Positions 22,198-30,938 of a stretch of 37,440 bases of DNA are shown in pieces. Each line of letters opens with the position of its first letter. Positions within the stretch are counted from its first letter, which is position 1. The notes under the pieces are model-generated. The model ran no database searches. It was not told the DNA's origin and saw nothing but the letters and a program-made list of their open reading frames with translations. The stretch is from a virus. The stretch covers positions 1 through 37,440 of the IMG/VR virus record IMGVR_UViG_3300043411_000939; one strand, written 5' to 3'. The position numbers and the translations under genes are program-made.

Positions 22198-24074
22198 TGT
22201 TGTATCCCCTTTAGGTACGGGGCCAATACCGGCTGGCCCTGAAGGAGCTTCCTTACAACATCTTGAAGCGGGGATCCTTGAGTTTTTGCGTTGACAGCGG
22301 AAAGGACGTTTCCGGTTTTTGTGTTTTCAAAAATGTTCCCCATCTTTGACGCGCCTTTGATCCCCGCTCCAATTAAACGAGGAGAGGTCATCGCCATTGT
22401 TGTGGCCCCTGCCAAAATCGGCAAAGGGTTTAGCGTTGCTGTCCCGGCTCCAACAGCTCCGAGTGAAACGTTTTTCATGAGGTTTGCAAAAAACCCTTTC
22501 CCTAGGTTTTGACTATATACTTGGCGTGTCAATTCCTCCATCGCTGGTTCCAAAATATTCTGGCCAGTCAGTTTTTCCACCTTCTTGATGTAATCAACTT
22601 TTGTTTTTGTTTTCCCTGACGTCAGCCAACTGGAATCACCTCTCATGATCCGCATCATCAAATCTTTCGATTTTCCTGGATCGGATAAATCCTTTTGGAC
22701 GGTATCGTAAATCCCGTTTAATTCACTCCATGCCTTATCGGCTACTTCCAATTTCTTGCCACCTGGAATATCGCCTCTCAGTTTGTCGAGGTCAGAGGAA
22801 ATTCTTTTAAAGGCGGCGTCTTTGGCTGTGTCGATTGGTTGGAGTGTAACGGGGGCTTTATTGTATTCCGCTTGCCGTTGCGTTTCGCGTTTTAGGCGGG
22901 TTAATATTTCAAGCTTTTCTTTGTTTCCTATTTTTAGGATGTTGGTATTTGATTTTGGCGTTCCAACATACTGTTTATAAAGTTTGCTTAGTGCCTGTTG
23001 GTCATTCTTAACAAAAGCTTCAACAGCGAGACTTTTATTCACCAACAAATCATCATAAGAATGCGCGCCCTTTTGAACGGCTGTTAATTCTCCGGGGGAA
23101 AAACCCGTCACTTCCTTTTTTGTAATCATTTCACCCGGCAAAAATTTCTTTGCCACTTTCTGCCCCATTAAGGCGTTTGTTGGTGGCGTCTCTGTGGCGA
23201 TTAATTTTTGGGCAATGGGGACATCCGACATGACCGGATTAATTCTTTGTGCAATCGGGGTATCAATAATTTCCTGCATGGGGCCGTCGATCCCGGCGTA
23301 TTTTTTATAAATCTTTCCGATAGAGTTCCCGACAGCCGACTTTGTGTTTTTTAAAGCTGTAATGATTGGCTTCCCGACAACTTCATTTAAAGCGGATTCT
23401 TCAACGGGTTTCTGCGAAAGGATCGATGGTTTCTTTAATGCCATTTGTGTGGCCAATTCAGGGATGCCAGCGGTTGAGCGAACAACACCGGGCAACAGAG
23501 CCTTTGCCACCTTTGATGTTCCCCTCGCAACTTCTCTCCCGATAACCCCAGGCGCGGCAACAACCGCATCAATCGGAGCGGCCGCCACCGACGGAGAAAT
23601 CTTTCCAAGAAGTAATCCCATGGCCGTATCCTCGACGACGCCCGTTGTTCCACGTGGAGCGTGATACGCGGCCCGTGCGGATTCAAGAGGGTTTCCGGTG
23701 GCGATACCGCCAACAGCACCGGCCCCAGCTCGCAAAACTTTGTTGACCACGGAAAACGGATTCTCTGGATTCTTTCCACCGAAAAGCGTCGGGGCTTTCA
23801 TGGTTCGGCCTTCAATCGCGCCCGCCGCCGCTTCTCCGACGGCTTCAAAAGGCGCGTTTAAAACATTCAGGCCGAACTTCCCAACATTAGCAGCGGCCAC
23901 GTCGGCTTTTTGAAGAACGCCTTTTGGTTTCTTTGTGTACGTCTTAAACATTCCCTGAATTCCGCCGGGGCCAGCGGAATCGTCGGCAACATCTTCCCAA
24001 TCGTCGATGACGGCTTCCGCTTTCTTAACCGGGACATCTTCCCAATCGTTGATTGCCGCGTTATTGTTGGCCAT
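22194..24074 (-). CDS. Large virion-associated protein (626 aa), Gly/Ala-rich; putative internal/ejection protein
   Basis: Several G/A-rich hydrophobic segments (AAGAIEG, GAGAVGGIATG, LGAVGAGTATLNPLPILAGATT). Located in the late operon between tail genes and the lysis genes. Confidence 0.6.
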   Translation of the reverse strand: MANNNAAINDWEDVPVKKAEAVIDDWEDVADDSAGPGGIQGMFKTYTKKPKGVLQKADVAAANVGKFGLNVLNAPFEAVGEAAAGAIEGRTMKAPTLFGGKNPENPFSVVNKVLRAGAGAVGGIATGNPLESARAAYHAPRGTTGVVEDTAMGLLLGKISPSVAAAPIDAVVAAPGVIGREVARGTSKVAKALLPGVVRSTAGIPELATQMALKKPSILSQKPVEESALNEVVGKPIITALKNTKSAVGNSIGKIYKKYAGIDGPMQEIIDTPIAQRINPVMSDVPIAQKLIATETPPTNALMGQKVAKKFLPGEMITKKEVTGFSPGELTAVQKGAHSYDDLLVNKSLAVEAFVKNDQQALSKLYKQYVGTPKSNTNILKIGNKEKLEILTRLKRETQRQAEYNKAPVTLQPIDTAKDAAFKRISSDLDKLRGDIPGGKKLEVADKAWSELNGIYDTVQKDLSDPGKSKDLMMRIMRGDSSWLTSGKTKTKVDYIKKVEKLTGQNILEPAMEELTRQVYSQNLGKGFFANLMKNVSLGAVGAGTATLNPLPILAGATTMAMTSPRLIGAGIKGASKMGNIFENTKTGNVLSAVNAKTQGSPLQDVVRKLLQGQPVLAPYLKGIQQ

Positions 24075-25191
24075 CGATAATTTCCTCTGTTCCGTCGGAA
24101 TAGACTATTTTGGTTTTGTTGGCTGATTTGGAATATTGTTTCTTTGTTACGGTCTTTCCCTTGGATGCTCCCGGCGGTGGTGTTTGGCCTGAATTGTCTG
24201 GAGTCCTCATCGGTCCAGCAATTTGGTTAAGGCCATCAATTACTGTTTGGCGGTTGATTCTTTTTTGTTCCAATACATCGGGGCCGTCGCCAGCTTGAGG
24301 GAAATATTGCAAGTTCCCATTTTCCATTTCTTCATCGCGGACCGTTGCGCCGGATTCCCTTCTCAGCGTTGCATTAATGAAGTTTCTTTTTAACTGCTGA
24401 TAGGATTGGACATCTTCAGGCTGTAGAATATTTGGCAAAAACTTCTTTGCGCCTGTACCAACAGAGGCGGGATCAAATCCCTTTGAAATAAGCGAATCCA
24501 ATTGCGTGTTTGCCTGGTTTGCGCGGGTTCCATAAAGCCCTGCGTTAGACTGATCAAGCGACGGCGTTTTTGGATAAAGAATTCCACCACCAGGGACATC
24601 CCCGGTTCGGGCATCCGCCGGATTCTTTGAGTTGTAAAATACTGGTTTCCCGGTAGCGTCAACCCCTCCCATCATAAAAGAACCGCCGGAGTTTTCCTTT
24701 TTCCATTTAGTCAAATCATCCAACGTGATATTGCCGTCCCTGTACTGTTGCACCATTATTTCTTCGACATTATTCGGAATCTCCGGCTGTTTCGGTTCCG
24801 GCGTCTTAACCATCTTGTATGACTTCCTTCCCTGCTCGTCGACGCTCCATTGCCTTTCAAACTTTCCCGCCGGTGTTGGTGGCGTGGAAACTGGCGCGGT
24901 TGCGGCTTGGCCTTCCCTTACCGCCATTTCCGACTGTTGCGCCATGTCCTGTTCAAACAGTTTTGCTTGCTCTCTCATGGCATCCGTTTGTTCTTTTTTT
25001 TGTTGTATCTCGACCAGTTGCTGCGCTATTTGAGCCCGACGAGCATCGTTTTGGGTATTGGAATCTCGAATTTTCAAACCCTCCGAATACCCTTCCGATG
25101 CCCCGTTGATAATGTCAGCCAATTGAGAAAACGGGCTCTTTTTTGTTTTTGCTTGAGCGGCCAAAATTAATTCTTGAACTGATGCGACCAT
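24061..25191 (-). CDS. Virion-associated protein (376 aa from MVASVQEL), Gln-rich coiled-coil N-terminus
   Basis: The ATG at 25191 is preceded by GGGGGA and lies 4 nt after the upstream stop. The ORF track extends it to 25236. Confidence 0.6.
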   Translation of the reverse strand: MVASVQELILAAQAKTKKSPFSQLADIINGASEGYSEGLKIRDSNTQNDARRAQIAQQLVEIQQKKEQTDAMREQAKLFEQDMAQQSEMAVREGQAATAPVSTPPTPAGKFERQWSVDEQGRKSYKMVKTPEPKQPEIPNNVEEIMVQQYRDGNITLDDLTKWKKENSGGSFMMGGVDATGKPVFYNSKNPADARTGDVPGGGILYPKTPSLDQSNAGLYGTRANQANTQLDSLISKGFDPASVGTGAKKFLPNILQPEDVQSYQQLKRNFINATLRRESGATVRDEEMENGNLQYFPQAGDGPDVLEQKRINRQTVIDGLNQIAGPMRTPDNSGQTPPPGASKGKTVTKKQYSKSANKTKIVYSDGTEEIIDGQQ

Positions 25192-25195
25192 GTGA

Positions 25196-26071
25196 TTATC
25201 CCCCAGCCTTTGCGGCCATGATCTTACTCCCACCACTAATAACAGACTGTAAAAGATCCATGTATGGATTTGGATTTTGAACGGTTACTTCCGGGACCCC
25301 GAATTGGGCGTTTGTGCTGGCCAAACTCTGCGCTGTATTGAGTGGTATCAATAACTCATTTCTCTTTCTCAATTTCTCTGCGTCAGCCGATTTAATCCGC
25401 GCATCGTTTAAGGTTCTCTCAAGCCCTCCGTAGTTAAACGCGGATGAGATACGCCCTTGATTAATATTTTCCTGCGCTGTCCCTGATTGGTAAGCCAATG
25501 GGATTGCTTGAAGTCTGCGATTGAGAGCGTCATTGGTGAGGCTGGCAAGCTGCGCGGTTAATGTTTCGTTCCCTCGCGCCTGGATATCGCCAAGTCCTTT
25601 CACGGTGTTGGTCGAATAGAGGTTCCCGGCAAATCCGGCGTTTCTTTTTAATGCGGTGTTGCTATCTTTGATTTGTCGATCAACTTGGGCCTTGAACGGA
25701 TCGAATTGGGATTGGATGAAATTGGGATCTGGGTTAAGCAAGTCTTTTAAGGCGGCGTCCCCTATTTGATATTGTTCAGGGATTCCAGAGGAAAGTAATT
25801 TTTGGAGTTCAGAGGTTCCCTGGTCTTCAATTCCCGTTGTGTTGAAATCGCCATAACCAAGCCCGATGTCTTCTCCGGCTTTAAAGCTCCCAAACTGGCC
25901 CGTGTTCATGAATTGGGCAAGCTTTTGTCTCGCGGCCCTTTGTTCAGGCGTTTCCATCACCTCTTGACTTTGAGATGTGGAATTGTTCTTTAGGGCCTTG
26001 TCTAATATCCCATACCCCGTCATTGGCGCCACTTTATCAACAACCCCTGAAACCTTAGAAAGCAATCCCAT
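25196..26071 (-). CDS. Virion-associated protein (291 aa)
   Basis: ORF in the late operon. No motif recognised. Confidence 0.6.
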   Translation of the reverse strand: MGLLSKVSGVVDKVAPMTGYGILDKALKNNSTSQSQEVMETPEQRAARQKLAQFMNTGQFGSFKAGEDIGLGYGDFNTTGIEDQGTSELQKLLSSGIPEQYQIGDAALKDLLNPDPNFIQSQFDPFKAQVDRQIKDSNTALKRNAGFAGNLYSTNTVKGLGDIQARGNETLTAQLASLTNDALNRRLQAIPLAYQSGTAQENINQGRISSAFNYGGLERTLNDARIKSADAEKLRKRNELLIPLNTAQSLASTNAQFGVPEVTVQNPNPYMDLLQSVISGGSKIMAAKAGG

Positions 26072-26142
26072 AGTTAAATCCTTTTAAAAATTATTTGTTG
26101 TTCTTTTCGGCGTATCGCCGTGTGTTAATTTGAGTCCCTTTA

Positions 26143-26949
26143 TTAATTCGCTTTAATACAAATCGCCATATACGGAGTTCCCGATTCATTCACGGTAATA
26201 AAAGCCCCGAGCGCGATATTGGTCGAATCCACGGATGTGATGCCGGTTGATCGACTGATTCCGTCAAAGTCTCTCCCATTTGTAATTCCATTCACCCAAA
26301 TATGCGGGATGAGGTTTAGCGCCCCCGTGTAAATGATGATAACGATGTCTGGTACTGCGCCCACTCCATGGGCGACGTTTTGCGTTCCGCCGTTTCCTGT
26401 ATAGCTAACACGCTTTATAAGCGATGTCGTTGTCCCGGTCCCGCCATTGGCCGTTCCAAGTGTTCCCGTTATTTTGCTGGCCGCAACATCGTTAACTTTG
26501 GCATCGGTGACCGCCAATGCCGCGATCTTCCCGGTTGTTACGCCAAGATCGTTAATTTTCCCTGTTGTAACAGCCAAGTCGTTTATCTTCCCTGTCGTTA
26601 CGGCGAGGTCATTAATTTTTCCCGTTGTAACAGCGAGGTCGTTGATTTTGCTTGTAATGATTCCAAGCAAAGGAACCAAATCGTAAGCGGTCCAGGCCGA
26701 TCCCGTGTAATATTCCAACTGGAAAAGTTGTGTGTTGAAATAAAGTTGTCCTGTCTCCGGTGAACTGGGCCGTCCGGCTGTTGCGCCGCGCTGACCTGTC
26801 CAGTGATAGGTCGGGTTTACGGGATCGGTCCCGGGAAAAACGCCATCATCAGAAAGAGCGTCTGCGATATCGCTTTTAAATTCTCTGATGACATTATCGC
26901 CAAGACTTATGTTGTCGGATCCCGCCGGTGAAGTTATATCCCATGTCAT
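26143..26949 (-). CDS. Tail fibre protein with a decapeptide repeat shaft
   Basis: The N-terminus GQLYFNTQLFQLEYYTGSAW is a motif common in phage fibre N-termini. The shaft is (S/G)KINDLAVTT x4 plus two degenerate copies. Confidence 0.75.
   Translation of the reverse strand: MTWDITSPAGSDNISLGDNVIREFKSDIADALSDDGVFPGTDPVNPTYHWTGQRGATAGRPSSPETGQLYFNTQLFQLEYYTGSAWTAYDLVPLLGIITSKINDLAVTTGKINDLAVTTGKINDLAVTTGKINDLGVTTGKIAALAVTDAKVNDVAASKITGTLGTANGGTGTTTSLIKRVSYTGNGGTQNVAHGVGAVPDIVIIIYTGALNLIPHIWVNGITNGRDFDGISRSTGITSVDSTNIALGAFITVNESGTPYMAICIKAN
26470..26649 (-). repeat. Six tandem 30-bp repeats encoding GKINDLAVTT-type decapeptides
   Basis: Protein residues 101-160 read KINDLAVTTG x3, then KINDLGVTTG, KIAALAVTDA and KVNDVAASKI. 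The DNA copies have diverged at synonymous positions. Confidence 0.9.
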
Positions 26950-26962
26950 GTTTTAATCCCCT

Positions 26963-27325
26963 TTAAAAGACAATAAGCGTAACGGTGGTCGATGCCACGT
27001 TGCACTTTAAAAATAAATTCGTTTTCGTGCTGGCCGCACTTCGATAAATCACCCCGGCTTTGTCGATGTCGGCGATAATAAAGCCGGTTGGAACCTTGCC
27101 AAGCGTGTGCGTCACGCTATCCTGCGTGTCCGGCGTTGCGTTTGATGTGTAGGTCACATAAACACAATCAACGTTATCGCCGAAGCTAATCCCCGAGTCC
27201 AAAATACTTTGCAGATTGTCGGCTTGATCATCCAGGACTGTGACAATGTTTTTATCGAAGGGCCGAAACAGCTTTATGTCGCCGGTGAATAGCGTCGGGA
27301 AAGAGGGGCGCTTGTAGGTCGTCAT
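26963..27325 (-). CDS. Virion structural protein (120 aa)
   Basis: ATGA overlap with the 512-aa gene. Late operon. Confidence 0.6.
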   Translation of the reverse strand: MTTYKRPSFPTLFTGDIKLFRPFDKNIVTVLDDQADNLQSILDSGISFGDNVDCVYVTYTSNATPDTQDSVTHTLGKVPTGFIIADIDKAGVIYRSAASTKTNLFLKCNVASTTVTLIVF

Positions 27326-28860
27326 TTTCTCGACTCTCTTTGTGAAAATTGAACCTGATATTTTTTTAAATGAAATAATTCTTCGTCTTGGTTGTTGTAG
27401 AAACGGAACCGGATTTGTGAACTAACCACGTCGAAGTAAACATTCAAAGGCGCATCATCCGACGGATAATCAGAGGCAAGCGTTAGCGTTGTTGCCAATA
27501 CCCAAGAAGATCCGCCATTAATCGAATAGTAAACCTTCATCGATTGGCCCTTCGCCCAAACACTTAAGCCTTTCCAGCGAAACATCGTGCTGATATCGGG
27601 GACGCCCAAATCCGCAGCGGTAAAATCTTTTGTATCCCAAATAGATTCAACGGCCACGCCATTGTCATCATTGGATGTTGGCGTTCTCTCTGTTGATATT
27701 CCGCTGGAATCACCGAAAATAACAATCGGGTTGAGCGATTGATTGATATTTGAATTCCAAATAAGGGAAGAGGAATCCCAACTGGTTGTCATGTCTTCCC
27801 ATGTCAAATCAGTGGTATTTAAGAAAAGACCAAGGGCGGTCAAGTTCGTTCGATAGTCCTTATAGATTTGTCCGGTTCGCCAGTTGTATTTGTAGACGGT
27901 GTTGGGCTCGGTGTCGGATCCAATCGGGACACAAACCCAGTATTCGTCGACTTCTTTGATAAAAATTCCCTGCGCTTTATAAAGATAGGCCGAATTCATT
28001 TCCTCGCGTAGTTCATCTTGCATTGGAGAGTCGATCAGGGGGGCGGTAACGCCGTTAAAGAGGTGAATGCCATCGCTGGCCAGAAATATTTGTTCGCCGG
28101 AGGGGATATTGGCGATGGTGTTTCCTGTGATTGCGCCCACGCCGGTGGCCTTTCTGTCAAACCGGAAAACGTCGGAGGTTGTTACCAACTGGCCAACGTA
28201 AATTGAGTTTGTTTTGTGGATTGTCGGAGAAGATCCAAACAGCCCGACGCCCGTAATATCTTCTGGATCGTCAATCAAATCCTGAGATCCAGCATTCCCG
28301 CCCGTCCATGTTTCACAATCGCCGGTGTCGCACCATTGGACACGGTTGTAATAGATATTGGCCCCGTCGGTGATATGGGCCAAAAGCAAATAGGGACCAA
28401 CCGCCAAAACATATTTGGCTTTGGGAGGCGATCCGCCCAAATTGGCATCGCTTCCCGTGATTGAACATTTCCTGATATTGTCGCGCCCGTTTGTGTAAAC
28501 GGCGATTTTGGCCCCTGATAACAACGGGAAGGTGAAACTAACGGGATCCGATGCAAGCCCGGTCAGGGCGGTTGCCGTGATCGATGACCACACCCCCGTC
28601 GATTTGTTTAAGATTTGGACCTGTGTCAGTCCGATTCTAAAAAGACGTGTGGAATCGCCCACCTGTAATTCAAAATATCGTTGAATTCTTTCCGAAAGAG
28701 TTAGCCCCACCTGAATCGTTCCCGGCCTTTTCTTAATGACAGAGCGGTTAATATCCATGTTTTTAATGTTGACGGCGGCGCGGGTATCAACGTATTCAGC
28801 GGGCCTGTCAACAACAAGGCCAAGCGAAGGAAGCGGGATACTGAGTTTTAAATCAGCCAT
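27322..28860 (-). CDS. Virion structural protein (512 aa), putative tail hub/nozzle
   Basis: Large beta-rich ORF between the adaptor-like and fibre genes. Assignment is by position only. Confidence 0.6.
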   Translation of the reverse strand: MADLKLSIPLPSLGLVVDRPAEYVDTRAAVNIKNMDINRSVIKKRPGTIQVGLTLSERIQRYFELQVGDSTRLFRIGLTQVQILNKSTGVWSSITATALTGLASDPVSFTFPLLSGAKIAVYTNGRDNIRKCSITGSDANLGGSPPKAKYVLAVGPYLLLAHITDGANIYYNRVQWCDTGDCETWTGGNAGSQDLIDDPEDITGVGLFGSSPTIHKTNSIYVGQLVTTSDVFRFDRKATGVGAITGNTIANIPSGEQIFLASDGIHLFNGVTAPLIDSPMQDELREEMNSAYLYKAQGIFIKEVDEYWVCVPIGSDTEPNTVYKYNWRTGQIYKDYRTNLTALGLFLNTTDLTWEDMTTSWDSSSLIWNSNINQSLNPIVIFGDSSGISTERTPTSNDDNGVAVESIWDTKDFTAADLGVPDISTMFRWKGLSVWAKGQSMKVYYSINGGSSWVLATTLTLASDYPSDDAPLNVYFDVVSSQIRFRFYNNQDEELFHLKKYQVQFSQRESRK

Positions 28861-28864
28861 TTAT

Positions 28865-29827
28865 CTACATTCCAAATGGTTTGACATTAAAGTAACCATC
28901 CCCTGAATTTTTGCGCTCTCGTGAAACAGCCTGATCGAATCCAAACTCAAACGATTGCCTCAATTGCCCGGATTTATCGTATTCATCCATCAATTTATAA
29001 AGGCGTGAAAGAACGTTATCGCGCAACACGTCACGGTAGAGGGCGGTGAAAGGGACGCTGGTTGTTGAACTTGTAATCGTTCCGGCGCGGGAGGAATAGG
29101 TGATCCGGTACGAGTAAGACACCTGATCGGGGATGGGGCCAATCTGGATTTGGCCTTTATAGATGGTGAAATGGAGCGGGTAGCCTCGGTCGGAGGTCAC
29201 GTTGATATCTGGATAAATATTGTCGAATTCGGATTTCGTTTTTTTAATTAACGGTGTCGCGTTCTGGCCGTCTTCAATCGTCACGCCCAACAACAACCCG
29301 AAATCGCTTTCGACATTTATTTTGAAATCGCCCAACACGGAAATGGTGTCGGTGGTGGTGGTTTCAATTTCGGCTTCGTCAAACATGAACCGGCGGCGCA
29401 TCTCTTGGATGGCGTCGGTGGTTTCTTCATAAATTTCAGTGTCTTTGTCAGTTCGTTTGAATCCGCCACGCAGAACATAGTCACGCCAATCGCTCCCCGA
29501 CTGAGAACCCGCCGACGCGGTGGCGGTGCTGGATCCTGTCCAGTCGATTTTTCCAGAATTAACAATCGGGTCATCTTCCCCGTAGGTTCCGGGATTCGAT
29601 TGAAGCTTAACCACATATTCGTAGGTCCCACTGGCCGTGATTAAAACCGGGAACGTGCCAAAGTAAATTCCCGAGGTTCCCTGTTCGGTCATGGCAATAT
29701 CGTAATTGCCGTAATTCAGGGAGCTGTAGGCCTCGAACGTGGTCCCGTTAAAAAATTGGCCCCGGCGAATAACAATCGCATAGGCTGTGTTTCCTGTGGC
29801 GGCAACGCCGCTAATTTCATTGGCCAT
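28865..29827 (-). CDS. Virion structural protein (320 aa), putative head-tail adaptor or tail protein
   Basis: Assigned by position in the late operon. No motif recognised. Confidence 0.6.
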   Translation of the reverse strand: MANEISGVAATGNTAYAIVIRRGQFFNGTTFEAYSSLNYGNYDIAMTEQGTSGIYFGTFPVLITASGTYEYVVKLQSNPGTYGEDDPIVNSGKIDWTGSSTATASAGSQSGSDWRDYVLRGGFKRTDKDTEIYEETTDAIQEMRRRFMFDEAEIETTTTDTISVLGDFKINVESDFGLLLGVTIEDGQNATPLIKKTKSEFDNIYPDINVTSDRGYPLHFTIYKGQIQIGPIPDQVSYSYRITYSSRAGTITSSTTSVPFTALYRDVLRDNVLSRLYKLMDEYDKSGQLRQSFEFGFDQAVSRERKNSGDGYFNVKPFGM

Positions 29828-29840
29828 ATATATTTATCCT

Positions 29841-30938
29841 TTAATAAACCCGAGTGGCGCGAAGGGTTGCGCTGTTAATGGGATTTCCAACCGTATAGGT
29901 TCCGATATACCCCTTTAAATAATAGGTGGTGGTCGAATTGATGCGAACGCGAAACGGTTGGATAGTCTGCGATTTCCCGGTTGTGAAATTGGTCGCGATT
30001 TGATCGTCGATCAAATAATTATCGCCTAACGTCCCGCCTGTTGCATTATTCCCGGCCACTGTTCCAATGAGCGCCTCAAACAAAATATTGGTCCCTGAGA
30101 ATGTGGCGCCATTGGGCCTAAATTGAATTGTCCCCGTGATATCCCATGCGCCGGATGAAAGATTAACGGCAACCAAATCATAAAAGGTGTCTGAGGTCCC
30201 AACTCGTGTGTTGCTGGTAGCCGATGAAATATATTCACCAACAAAACCCGCGCTTTGTGCGACATTGGTATTAACGCCACGAATGGCCACTCCCCCGGCC
30301 GTATTCGATATCGTTGTAACACCGGCATTCGCAATCACCGTTGTGTTTAGCGTGGTAAAAGTAGAAACCGCCAAGGTAATGGCGGCGGTGGCATCCGTTC
30401 GTACCAACTGACTGTTCCCGTTAAACGTGTTCCCCATCTTTGTGATTGAAGAGACATCGATCAAGACGTTCGGGATTGTCGTTGTATTGTTCAAATAGGT
30501 CAGCGTCCCGCTTGAGCGGGTCAAATAAGTTGCGGTCGCGGAGGAAAGCCGTAAATATGTCGCCGTTGCGCTTGAGGTCGTTAGAAGGGTTGTCGATGAC
30601 ACAATTGGAAAATATGTGGCAATCGCTGACGAGAGTTGAAGATAGGTTGCGGTCGCGCTTGAGGTCGTTAGTAGAGAAGATGACGAACTAATCAGAAAAT
30701 ATGTGGTCGCCGCAACGGTTTGTTTCAAATAGGAGGCATCGGCGGATGAAACAGATACGCCACCCGCATCGTCGGAGCAATAGCTAGCACCACCGGCGAC
30801 TGTTAGCTTTCCGCCATTGGTGAAGGTTGAACAATCGACTGTTTCGCTTGAGGTGTAAAGGATCCACCGACTTGATGCAAAAGAAACAGAGAGCGGCGCC
30901 ACGAAAAACATTAAGAACAAAAATATCTTCTTCGTCAT
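29841..30938 (-). CDS. Fibre-like protein (365 aa) with an N-terminal signal peptide and Ser/Thr-rich repeats
   Basis: The ATG at 30938 overlaps the tailspike TGA (ATGA). The N-terminus is MTKKIFLFLMFFVAPLSVSFASS. SSATATYL-type repeats are present. The C-terminal roughly 100 aa resemble the tailspike C-terminus. Confidence 0.7.
   Translation of the reverse strand: MTKKIFLFLMFFVAPLSVSFASSRWILYTSSETVDCSTFTNGGKLTVAGGASYCSDDAGGVSVSSADASYLKQTVAATTYFLISSSSSLLTTSSATATYLQLSSAIATYFPIVSSTTLLTTSSATATYLRLSSATATYLTRSSGTLTYLNNTTTIPNVLIDVSSITKMGNTFNGNSQLVRTDATAAITLAVSTFTTLNTTVIANAGVTTISNTAGGVAIRGVNTNVAQSAGFVGEYISSATSNTRVGTSDTFYDLVAVNLSSGAWDITGTIQFRPNGATFSGTNILFEALIGTVAGNNATGGTLGDNYLIDDQIATNFTTGKSQTIQPFRVRINSTTTYYLKGYIGTYTVGNPINSATLRATRVY
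30492..30734 (-). repeat. Degenerate tandem repeats encoding (L)SSATATYL-type units
   Basis: Protein: YLKQTVAATTYFLISSSSSLLTTSSATATYLQLSSAIATYFPIVSSTTLLTTSSATATYLRLSSATATYLTRSSGTLTYL. On the DNA, gcgcttgaggtcgttag occurs twice (about 30569 and 30656). Confidence 0.8.

Noticed and set aside
26108-26120. Hairpin CGGCG-TAT-CGCCG downstream of the tail fibre gene as a terminator
   Set aside because: On the transcribed (minus) strand it is followed by an A-run, not a U-run, and the stem is only 5 bp. It is not convincing as an intrinsic terminator.
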